From a candidate division WOR-3 bacterium (GTDB lineage: Bacteria > Hydrothermota > Hydrothermia > LBFQ01): 64,000 nt of DNA. Positions 49,903 through 58,140 of this stretch are shown piece after piece. Under the pieces are notes generated by a model that saw only the letters and a program-made list of their open reading frames with translations, ran no database searches and had not been told where the DNA came from. A program made the position numbers and the translations under genes. Each line of letters starts with the position of its first letter. The stretch's first letter is position 1. Location: positions 64,001 through 128,000 of the forward strand of contig JBDRWW010000002.1 in NCBI GenBank assembly GCA_039802605.1. The letters run 5' to 3'.

Positions 49903-50524
49903 CTTCCAACTCCCCTTTAAACTCCTCCAACATCAAATTGTAAGCCCTTTCAAGTCTGACCTTTAAGTCGTTGTTTAAAATGAAATTCCTCCCCTTATCA
50001 ACAAATACCATACCACCCCATACGCTTTCGTCCTCAACCACCTTCCAGGTACCCATATCAACATCCCAGACGGATAAGGTTTTTGGGGGGTTAATTACCC
50101 ATTCGCTGGGAAGTTCCCTTATGACGCTTTCGGCTATTTCCTTATCCCGAGGATTTACCCTAACTTCCACATTGTTCTTCATATATTTTAAGGCTTCCTC
50201 TACGAGATTTTTCATTATATCGGCATACCTTTCCCTGTCCTCTACGATTTCCTTTAATATTTTTTCGGCCTTTTCCCTTGCAAGGTTGAGTATTTCCCTT
50301 TGAACCTCTAAAATCTTTTTAGAACCTTCCCTTTGGGCTCGGGATATTATTGAAATGTATTCCCTATTGAAAACCTCTTCCGCCCTGGGTTTGTAGGTTT
50401 GTAAAATTTCCTCTTTTTTCCTTTCGGCCGATTTTAGTATTTCGGAGGCCCGCCCCTCGGCAATGGATATTATTTCTAGAACTTTGGAGCGGACCTCCCT
50501 CCCTAAGAGCTCCCTTATTTCCAC
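49886..50524 (-). CDS. V/A-type ATP synthase subunit E
   Basis: Coiled-coil N-half, VRVNPRD, WGGM; follows the proteolipid gene. Confidence 0.85.
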   Translation of the reverse strand: MEIRELLGREVRSKVLEIISIAEGRASEILKSAERKKEEILQTYKPRAEEVFNREYISIISRAQREGSKKILEVQREILNLAREKAEKILKEIVEDRERYADIMKNLVEEALKYMKNNVEVRVNPRDKEIAESVIRELPSEWVINPPKTLSVWDVDMGTWKVVEDESVWGGMVFVDKGRNFILNNDLKVRLERAYNLMLEEFKGELEVENRV

Positions 50525-50525
50525 C

Positions 50526-50828
50526 TTACAGCACCAATATCAGTATTGATATAACGAATCCCAATATTACGATGGTTTCGGGGAGTGCCAAGAGTATCAG
50601 AATGGGGGTTTGTAGGGTCTTATCTTCGGCCAAAGCGCCCGCACCCGCGGAACCTATTTTTGCCTGAGCGTATGCGGTGGCTATAGCCGATAGTCCCATA
50701 GCCAAACCAGAACCCAAATAGACCGCCCAACTCTTACCCGCGGGGGCCTCCGCGGCCATCAAGAAACCGACGCTAAGAACCAACAAAGCCGTAATGCCAA
50801 AAAACGCCGTTAGAACCCTTTTCATCAT
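50526..50828 (-). CDS. V/A-type ATP synthase proteolipid (subunit K/c) with an N-terminal signal peptide
   Basis: AQAKIGSAGAGA...ALPETIVILG; SD AGGAGGTG upstream. Confidence 0.93.
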   Translation of the reverse strand: MMKRVLTAFFGITALLVLSVGFLMAAEAPAGKSWAVYLGSGLAMGLSAIATAYAQAKIGSAGAGALAEDKTLQTPILILLALPETIVILGFVISILILVL

Positions 50829-52657
50829 ATTCCACCTCCTTTTTTCAAAGGTTTAAACATTTTAATTGCCGGAACATAAAACTTTGTGAAGAATTCAACA
50901 AATTGCAAACGCATCCCCTGAATCGTGGGATCCACTATACCCAATACGAACGCCAACGCGTGAAATACAAATGCGACCAATATGGCGAAAGCGGGTATCG
51001 GAACCAATTCTATAAATTTGTTTGCTATCTCGGCCAATATGGCTGATGCCAAACCCACCGCCGCCAACCGTGCATAAGATAGAACATTTCCAAAAGCGGA
51101 GAATATCTCTATAACTCCCAAGGGGCCTTCGGCAATAAGTGTGAGTATTACACCCAAGGATAGGGAAAACCAACCCACTAAACCGATATAAGGAGGAATG
51201 CCATACATCCATTCCGGTGTTATACCCGGTAGTCTAACATACGATACTACAGCCAACAATATACCTAGTATTGCAAAAAACCTACCCAACTCAAATAATG
51301 AGTGCTTTTTGTGTTCAAGTATCCAATAGTTATATACGCCGAGGAGCATACCGAGGAGCATTTGTAAAAATCCAAAACCTACGGCTATAAGGATTAGGTC
51401 TATAACCTCGTGCGTTCTATGAAACAGCGGTTGAATTATACCCATTTTTATACCGAAATCCCCAAATATCTCCCCGAATATTATACCAAAAATGGTGGCA
51501 AAGATGGAGTTTATGAAATACACCATTGAGAGGTTATAACCCATAGAATTGGGTTTAAAGGCGTTTGAGAGTAGCCAGAATAGAAGCATACCCACTATAC
51601 CATAACCCGCATCCCCAAGCATAAAACCGTAATATATGGGGAAAAATATGGCTATAAAAACGGAAGGATCTACCGTCTTATAAACGGGAGGGGCATACAA
51701 ATCCAAGAAGGATTGGTAATAAGATGCGGGCGGGGAGTTTTTAAGAACCACCGGAACATTTTCAAACTCGTAATTTTTAGGTTTTGAAAATTTTACAACC
51801 GCACCTTCATCAATGTTTTTAATTATCCTTAAAAACTCCCCTTTCAAGTGGGCGGGTATCCATCCCTTAATGGAAGTTAAAAATTTGGAAAAGGCTAAAT
51901 ACTTTTCTTTTGAATCCAAGTAAAATAGAATATCCTCGGCTATATACTTTTGCCTTTCCAAAAACACCCTAACGCTTTCAAAGGAAGCCTTTGCCTCTTC
52001 CTTCAAACCCTTTAAAGCCGAAGGTATATCCTCTTCAAGGGCTTTTTTAACTTCTTCCAAGGTTTTATACCCCTTTGGTGGTCTTACCAACGGGAAGGCA
52101 CTTTCTTCTAAAAATTTTCTGACACCTTCCGCGTTTTCCCTCTTTGTCTTCAAAAACAGCAAAACCCTATCCCCTTTAACGCTCTCCACAACCTCAACAC
52201 CCCTTTCCAAAGCCCACTTCTTCAAAATCTCCTTAGAAGCCGCTTCCCCTTTACCCAAAACCACGGCAAAAACCTCTTCCCCTTCCCCCTTTATTCTATC
52301 AACGGCATTTGCGATTTCAAAATAATCCGAAATCCTTTTCAACTCCTCTTCAAAAGTATTTATATCCCTTATAAAACCTTGCAAACCCTCCCTTATCCTT
52401 TTCACACCTTCGTAATCCAAATCCCCCTTATTGGGAAGTGGGGTTATCTCCCCGAAAAAACCCTCTATCTCGGCAATGTATGAAATAATCCTTTTTGCCT
52501 TTGCCCTTAATTCGCTTTCTTCCTCTTCCAACTTAGCCTTATTCCCCCCGTTATACACCTCTGGATGAAAGTGTCCCCAACTTTCAAGAACTTCAAGGAG
52601 TTCCTTCCATTTGTTTCTCGGTAATGCCACATCAACCTTTAACATGGGGATGTGCAT
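50825..52657 (-). CDS. V/A-type ATP synthase subunit I
   Basis: GFMLGDAGYG, GNVLSYARLAA, RLQFVEFFTKFY. Confidence 0.96.
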   Translation of the reverse strand: MHIPMLKVDVALPRNKWKELLEVLESWGHFHPEVYNGGNKAKLEEEESELRAKAKRIISYIAEIEGFFGEITPLPNKGDLDYEGVKRIREGLQGFIRDINTFEEELKRISDYFEIANAVDRIKGEGEEVFAVVLGKGEAASKEILKKWALERGVEVVESVKGDRVLLFLKTKRENAEGVRKFLEESAFPLVRPPKGYKTLEEVKKALEEDIPSALKGLKEEAKASFESVRVFLERQKYIAEDILFYLDSKEKYLAFSKFLTSIKGWIPAHLKGEFLRIIKNIDEGAVVKFSKPKNYEFENVPVVLKNSPPASYYQSFLDLYAPPVYKTVDPSVFIAIFFPIYYGFMLGDAGYGIVGMLLFWLLSNAFKPNSMGYNLSMVYFINSIFATIFGIIFGEIFGDFGIKMGIIQPLFHRTHEVIDLILIAVGFGFLQMLLGMLLGVYNYWILEHKKHSLFELGRFFAILGILLAVVSYVRLPGITPEWMYGIPPYIGLVGWFSLSLGVILTLIAEGPLGVIEIFSAFGNVLSYARLAAVGLASAILAEIANKFIELVPIPAFAILVAFVFHALAFVLGIVDPTIQGMRLQFVEFFTKFYVPAIKMFKPLKKGGGI

Positions 52658-52679
52658 AAAGCGGGTATTATATAGGGGT

Positions 52680-53057
52680 TTATGTTTTACAAAATAGGCT
52701 TAGAAAATCCTCCAAAATCAGCTCCTCCAAACCTTCCATTTCTTTAACCTTGGTTTTAACCTTGTGGTCATAACCAAGGGCGTGTAATATACCATGTATT
52801 ATTCTCTTTGCCACTTCAACCTCGTCAAAATTCAAGTATTCCGGGCATACAACCACCTCCTTTACGCCATCATACACAAAGGTTAATACATCGGATAACT
52901 CCTCTTTTCCGAAAAAAGTTTTTTTCAAACCCTTCATATATTCACCATCAACCAAAATTACCCTTATCCCCCTCGTATTTATACCCCTCAACGCCGCTTC
53001 CAGGGACCTCCAAAATCCCCTACGGGGTTTCCAACCGCTTAGGTTAAGCCTTTTCAT
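52680..53057 (-). CDS. ybeY: rRNA maturation endoribonuclease YbeY
   Basis: DVLTF, IHGILHALGYDH. Confidence 0.92.
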   Translation of the reverse strand: MKRLNLSGWKPRRGFWRSLEAALRGINTRGIRVILVDGEYMKGLKKTFFGKEELSDVLTFVYDGVKEVVVCPEYLNFDEVEVAKRIIHGILHALGYDHKVKTKVKEMEGLEELILEDFLSLFCKT

Positions 53058-54196
53058 ATTTTCCCCTTTATCTTATTTATCCATAAGCTCCTCAAAAGTG
53101 CCGCCCCGGGTACAGCCAATATAACGCCAAGGGCGCCAAAAAGGGAAGCACCGGCTATTAACGCTACTATAACCAAAACCGGGTGCAACCCCACGCTCTT
53201 TCCGATAATCCTCGGCGTTAAGATTAAGGTTTCAAGGAGTTGATCCAGGATTAACACCATTGCAAACTTTAAGAATGGAACTATCCCGGTTTCACTGATC
53301 AGTAGAATTACACTTCCCAGAAATACCGTCATGGCAAAGCCCACATTTGGTATCAAATTCATCAAACCCGCTATAAAACCAATAAGTATTCCGTATTTTA
53401 TTCCGAGGACTTGGAGGGATAAACCCACAAATACACCAACTATCGTGGCCACCGTTAATTGACCGCGAAAGTATTGGGATAGAATTGAGTAGGATTCCTC
53501 TATTATGGGCTTGAACCTCTCGGGTAATAGTCCCTCAATTTCGTTTGCTATCGCCTTTGTATCCTTTAAGGCATAAAAACCCATAACCAAACCTATAAGC
53601 GTGGAAAATACGAGTTCAATGGATGATGTTAAAAGGTTTTTCAGCGCCGGAATGTAATTGGTTATATCGTATTCGGAAATGCCTTTAAAAATTTCCGAGT
53701 ATGCATTTACCAAAAGGTTTATTAATTCTTCGTTTTTCACATAACTTCTTATAAAAACCTCAAACTCCTGTGGCTTCATGTAATATGCCTCAAAGGTTTT
53801 AAGGAGCTGGTATCCTTGATTATATACATTGTACGCCAACAAAAAGCCGGCGGTGGATATGAAGAGAAACATACCCAATATTATTACCAAAGAAGATAGC
53901 CAACGGGGGATTTTATACCTCTCCAAGAAAGATACCACGGGCAAAAATACAAACGCTATAACCAATGCCAAACCTATGGGCAAAAGAATATAGGAAACCA
54001 TGCGCAAAATTATTATAAGCAACAATCCGAGCGTTATTGAACCCATCAAACCATCCCTCCCGTGATAAAAGGAAACGGATGCTATGAGGAGTAGTATAAG
54101 GGAACCCCATTTCTCCCCAAATGCCAAATATATCCCAAGTATAAGCGATATATATCCCCCCACAAGGGCCAATTTTCTCAATGTATTATCTTTCAA
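53054..54196 (-). CDS. AI-2E family transporter
   Basis: YFRGQL, NLIPNVG, PRIIGKSVGLHP, ILAVP. Confidence 0.92.
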   Translation of the reverse strand: MKDNTLRKLALVGGYISLILGIYLAFGEKWGSLILLLIASVSFYHGRDGLMGSITLGLLLIIILRMVSYILLPIGLALVIAFVFLPVVSFLERYKIPRWLSSLVIILGMFLFISTAGFLLAYNVYNQGYQLLKTFEAYYMKPQEFEVFIRSYVKNEELINLLVNAYSEIFKGISEYDITNYIPALKNLLTSSIELVFSTLIGLVMGFYALKDTKAIANEIEGLLPERFKPIIEESYSILSQYFRGQLTVATIVGVFVGLSLQVLGIKYGILIGFIAGLMNLIPNVGFAMTVFLGSVILLISETGIVPFLKFAMVLILDQLLETLILTPRIIGKSVGLHPVLVIVALIAGASLFGALGVILAVPGAALLRSLWINKIKGKI

Positions 54197-56190
54197 CTTA
54201 CCTCACTACCTTCCGGGACATCCCCTTCCGGTGTTATGAGTATTGGTTTTCCATCGCCATCGGTCGCGGCAAGAAGCATGCCATCGGATTCTATACCCCT
54301 TATTTTCTTCTTTTGTAGGTTTGATACCACTACGATTTTTTTCCCAACAACATCTTCCGGTCTATATTTTTCCGCTATACCAGCCACAATTGTTCTAACC
54401 TCCTTACCCAAATCAACTTTTAGTTTTAAGAGTTTATCCGCACCTTTAACCCTTTCCGCATCCAAAACCTTACCCACTACGAGTTTAACCTTTTTAAACT
54501 CCTCATAAGTAATCCTTTCATCCTTTTCTTCAACACCTGCAACCCTTTGATTTAGGATTTCAACCCAACCATCAATTACGCTTTTATCCACCTTTTTGTA
54601 CAAGGGTTGGCTTTTCTTTACGGTATTACCGGATAATTCGGGTGATATCCCCGTTAAATCGTCAAAATTCCCCGATATGTTCATATAATCCCACAAAATT
54701 TTAACGGATGAAGGGACATAGGGGTAAAACAAAGCGGATGCCACCTTTAAGCCCTGATATGCTACATACAGAACCGTTTTAGCCCTTTCGGGGTTCTCCT
54801 TTACGAGTTTCCAAGGTCTTTGGTGCTCAAAATATCTGTTGAGTTCGTTGCTAACCTCAACAGCATCCTTTAATGCCAAACGGAAGTTGAAGTTTATCAA
54901 ATTTTCCTCGTAAGATTTGACCTTCTCGGAAATGTAATTGAAAATCTGTTCATCTTCCGATAATATCTTGTCGGGGTGTGGAACGCTACCCGAAAAGTGT
55001 CCGTTTATAAATGTTAGAACCCTTTGGGCCAAATTGCCAAAACTATCAACCAATTCGGCGTTTGTGCGGTTAAAGGCGTCTATAACATTGAAATCGGAAT
55101 CATCCTTCTCCGGTATGTACAGGGCTATTGAATACCTCGCTATGTCTTGACCAACGGTTTTTGCCAACTCATCCGCCCATATGGCATATCCCCTGGATGT
55201 TGATAACTTTCTGCCCATAAGGTTTAAAAAGGCGTTTGCCGGAACATCCGATGGAAGATTGTATTCCCCGTGGGCCATCAACATCGCCGGCCATATTACC
55301 GTATGAAACACGATGTTGTCCTTCCCTATGAAGTGTATTATTTTCGTATCGGGGTTTTTCCAATAATCCTGCCATTTATCGGGTAAGAATTCCACCGTAG
55401 CGCTTATATAACCTATCGGGGCGTCAAACCAAACATACAAAACCTTCCCTTTGGCATCCGGGTCATCCAAGGGAACGGGGACTCCCCAATCCAAATCCCG
55501 GGTTATGGCCCTATCCTCCAATTCCTTAACCCATGAGAGCGCAAACTCCTTGACAAAGGGTTTCCAATTCCCTTTCCCATTTAACCATTCTTCAAGTTTA
55601 TCCTTCAAAAGTGAGAGCTTAAAAAACCAATGCACCGTTTCCCTCAACTCCAAATTAACACCGCTTATTGCGGATCTCGGGTTTATGAGTTGCGTGGGTT
55701 CCAATTGCCTCCCACATTTTTCACACTGATCCCCCCTTGCCTCTTCATACCCGCAATAGGGGCATTTACCCACTATATACCTATCGGGTAGGAATTTCCC
55801 CTCGGCCGGGCTATAAAACTGCTTCATCTTCCTTTTTTCCAAATATCCGTTTTTGTGAAGGGTTAGGAAAAACTCTTGGGAAACCTTGTAATGTATGGGG
55901 TTTGTTGTCCTTGAAAAGTGATCAAACTCTATTCCCATAAGCTTGAAATCGTTTTTTATCCTCTCGTGGTACTTATCAACCAGCTCCTTTGGCGCAACCC
56001 CCTCTTTGTAAGCCGCCAAAGTTATCGCAACCCCATGCTCATCCGTTCCGCAAATGTGTATGGCATCAAAACCCTTGAACTTTAAAAATCTCGTGTATAT
56101 ATCTGCCGGGAGGTATGCACCGGCCAAGTGCCCGATATGTATAGGCCCGTTTGCATAGGGCAAAGCACTCGTTATCAAGTACCTTTTCAC
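54193..56190 (-). CDS. metG: Methionine--tRNA ligase with a C-terminal tRNA-binding domain
   Basis: ALPYANGPIHIGH, YVWFDAPIGY, KLSTS, C-terminal OB domain. Confidence 0.98.
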   Translation of the reverse strand: MKRYLITSALPYANGPIHIGHLAGAYLPADIYTRFLKFKGFDAIHICGTDEHGVAITLAAYKEGVAPKELVDKYHERIKNDFKLMGIEFDHFSRTTNPIHYKVSQEFFLTLHKNGYLEKRKMKQFYSPAEGKFLPDRYIVGKCPYCGYEEARGDQCEKCGRQLEPTQLINPRSAISGVNLELRETVHWFFKLSLLKDKLEEWLNGKGNWKPFVKEFALSWVKELEDRAITRDLDWGVPVPLDDPDAKGKVLYVWFDAPIGYISATVEFLPDKWQDYWKNPDTKIIHFIGKDNIVFHTVIWPAMLMAHGEYNLPSDVPANAFLNLMGRKLSTSRGYAIWADELAKTVGQDIARYSIALYIPEKDDSDFNVIDAFNRTNAELVDSFGNLAQRVLTFINGHFSGSVPHPDKILSEDEQIFNYISEKVKSYEENLINFNFRLALKDAVEVSNELNRYFEHQRPWKLVKENPERAKTVLYVAYQGLKVASALFYPYVPSSVKILWDYMNISGNFDDLTGISPELSGNTVKKSQPLYKKVDKSVIDGWVEILNQRVAGVEEKDERITYEEFKKVKLVVGKVLDAERVKGADKLLKLKVDLGKEVRTIVAGIAEKYRPEDVVGKKIVVVSNLQKKKIRGIESDGMLLAATDGDGKPILITPEGDVPEGSEVS

Positions 56191-56198
56191 GAGTTGGT

Positions 56199-56233
56199 AT
56201 TTTACTACCGTTTGGTTTTTTCATTGGTATAAT
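56199..56233. promoter_or_regulatory. Divergent -10 boxes (metG and M20 peptidase)
   Basis: TAAAAT(-) and TATAAT(+), each 8 nt before the start. Confidence 0.7.
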
Positions 56234-56241
56234 ACACGCTT

Positions 56242-57333
56242 ATGGAGTCGCTTAAACAATTGTTAAAAAATCTAATACAGTTTAGGACAACGGCGGAAAA
56301 CCCGGAGCAACTTTTGGCGATAATAGATTATGTGGAAAAGTTTTTGGAATCGCCCAGCCTTGTAATGGAAAGGTATATGAGGAACGGGAAACCCTCTTTG
56401 GTGGTTAAGTTTTCAAAACATGCCAAGTCCAAACACTTTAAGGTGATATTTGCGGGGCATCTGGATGTGGTACCGGCAAGGGATGAGCAGTTCATACCCT
56501 TGGAGAAAGATGGAAAGATATTCGGTAGGGGTGCCCTTGATATGAAGGGGCCTTCCGCCGTTATGATAAAACTCTTTAAGGATTTGGCGGATATGGGTGA
56601 AGATAAAAACATAGCACTTATGCTAACTACGGATGAAGAGGTTGGAAGTTATGACGGTGTTAGGTATCTGGTGGAAGATGAGGGTTATACCTGCGATTTG
56701 GCCGTTATTCCGGATTCGGGGGAAAACTTCACCATTATAACGAATGAGAAGGGGGCATTCCATTTTGCGGTGGAGTTTAGGGGGAAACCGGCCCACGGTT
56801 CCATGCCTTGGCTTGGTGATAGCGCAATAGAAAAGGTTTTAAAGTTTTACGAAGATTTAAAAAGATTTATCCTTTACGAATCGGATGACCCCGAACACTG
56901 GCACAATACGGTTGTTATGGGTACTTTCAAAGGCGGAAATAAGGTGAATCAGATACCCCCTTATGCCCGTGCGGAGTTTGATTTAAGGTTTGTTTCACCC
57001 TTTACCCTTGACGAAATAAAGTATGGGGTTTCATATCTGGTTAAAAAGTACGGGGGAAAAATGGAGGTTCTGTCCGAAGGACATCCCTTCTCAACTGATA
57101 TAAACAACCCCTTGGTTAAAACCTTTATCAATAGTGTAAGGGAGGTTATAGGTGATGTAAAGTTTGGGAAGACGCACGGGGCGACGGATGGAAGGTTTTT
57201 TGCGGCAAAGGATATACCCGTTGTTATGATATATCCACAAGGAGGGGATATACACGGGGATAACGAGTGGGTTTCCTTTGATTCCCTAATAAAACTTTAC
57301 AAAATATTTGAAAATTTTGTCGGGAAGATTTGA
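56242..57333 (+). CDS. M20 family metallopeptidase (DapE/ArgE-like)
   Basis: GHLDVVP, GRGALDMKG, TDEEVG, GATDGRFF. Confidence 0.93.
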   Translation: MESLKQLLKNLIQFRTTAENPEQLLAIIDYVEKFLESPSLVMERYMRNGKPSLVVKFSKHAKSKHFKVIFAGHLDVVPARDEQFIPLEKDGKIFGRGALDMKGPSAVMIKLFKDLADMGEDKNIALMLTTDEEVGSYDGVRYLVEDEGYTCDLAVIPDSGENFTIITNEKGAFHFAVEFRGKPAHGSMPWLGDSAIEKVLKFYEDLKRFILYESDDPEHWHNTVVMGTFKGGNKVNQIPPYARAEFDLRFVSPFTLDEIKYGVSYLVKKYGGKMEVLSEGHPFSTDINNPLVKTFINSVREVIGDVKFGKTHGATDGRFFAAKDIPVVMIYPQGGDIHGDNEWVSFDSLIKLYKIFENFVGKI

Positions 57334-57725
57334 TGGGAAAACCGATAGAGGTTAAGGAGGATGTAAGGTACGCGGACCTCGATACCTTGGGGCATGTAAA
57401 TAACGCCGTATATCTGTCGTATTTTGAGCACGCGAGGGTAAAGATGTTTGCGGAATACTACCAAAAATACGGTAATTTTCATTTCGTAATAGCGCACGCG
57501 GAAGTGGATTACATAAAACCCATATACTTGGAAACTATAACCATAAGGGCTTGGGTTAGCAGAATAGGTAAAACGAGTTTTACAATAGATTACGAGATTT
57601 ACAACGAAAAGGGGGAACTTTGCGCCCAAGGGAAAACCGTTCAGGTTGGATACGACCCGGAGAAGAAAACGAAAAGGGAAATAGAAGGGGAATTTTTAAG
57701 GTATATAGAGAGGTATTATGTTTGA
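57333..57725 (+). CDS. Acyl-CoA thioesterase (4HBT/YbgC family)
   Basis: VRYADLDTLGHVNNAVY; TGATG coupling with the upstream gene. Confidence 0.93.
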   Translation: MGKPIEVKEDVRYADLDTLGHVNNAVYLSYFEHARVKMFAEYYQKYGNFHFVIAHAEVDYIKPIYLETITIRAWVSRIGKTSFTIDYEIYNEKGELCAQGKTVQVGYDPEKKTKREIEGEFLRYIERYYV

Positions 57726-58069
57726 TTACACTCGCAACTCCTCAAAACCATAACCTCAATATCTTCGGGAACAATGTCCGTGTTGGATCCCCTGCAAACC
57801 ACCAACATCTTTGAGACTATTTCCACCCCCTCTTCTTTTAGTTTTTCGGCAAATTCGTACAGCTTCTTTATATGTTCCTCGGTTATCTTGCAGTCGGGTA
57901 CAACCTCAACCACGGCCCTTTCAATAAAACCCTTTCTCCTCCTATCAACCACAAAATCCGGGTTGTTCTTCTCCCTATCAAGTTTTCTTATAATCCAGCC
58001 GTCATCGTAAGGATACCTTTTCCTCAAATTAGCCTTTACATAGGGATATAAATCAATAGCCCTGTGCAT
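57716..58069 (-). CDS. Hypothetical protein with a PD-(D/E)xK-like fold
   Basis: PDFVV...VVEVV spacing; has its own -10 box. Confidence 0.6.
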   Translation of the reverse strand: MHRAIDLYPYVKANLRKRYPYDDGWIIRKLDREKNNPDFVVDRRRKGFIERAVVEVVPDCKITEEHIKKLYEFAEKLKEEGVEIVSKMLVVCRGSNTDIVPEDIEVMVLRSCECNQT

Positions 58070-58098
58070 AAAGTGGGAATTATACCCCCGTTTGATTT
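58067..58098 (-). repeat. 32-nt promoter-plus-start repeat, copy 2 (hypothetical gene)
   Basis: AAATCAAACGGGGGTATAATTCCCAC(T/C)TTATG. Confidence 0.9.
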
Positions 58099-58140
58099 TT
58101 GAGGTTGAAGGCTATGGTAATCACCTTTAAAATATCCGAT

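Noticed and set aside
50526..50828. Na+ specificity of the V-ATPase inferred from the Q...ET motif; signal peptide on the proteolipid as a novelty
   Set aside because: Both features are, as I recall, also present in the H+-coupled Thermus enzyme, so they are neither diagnostic nor new.
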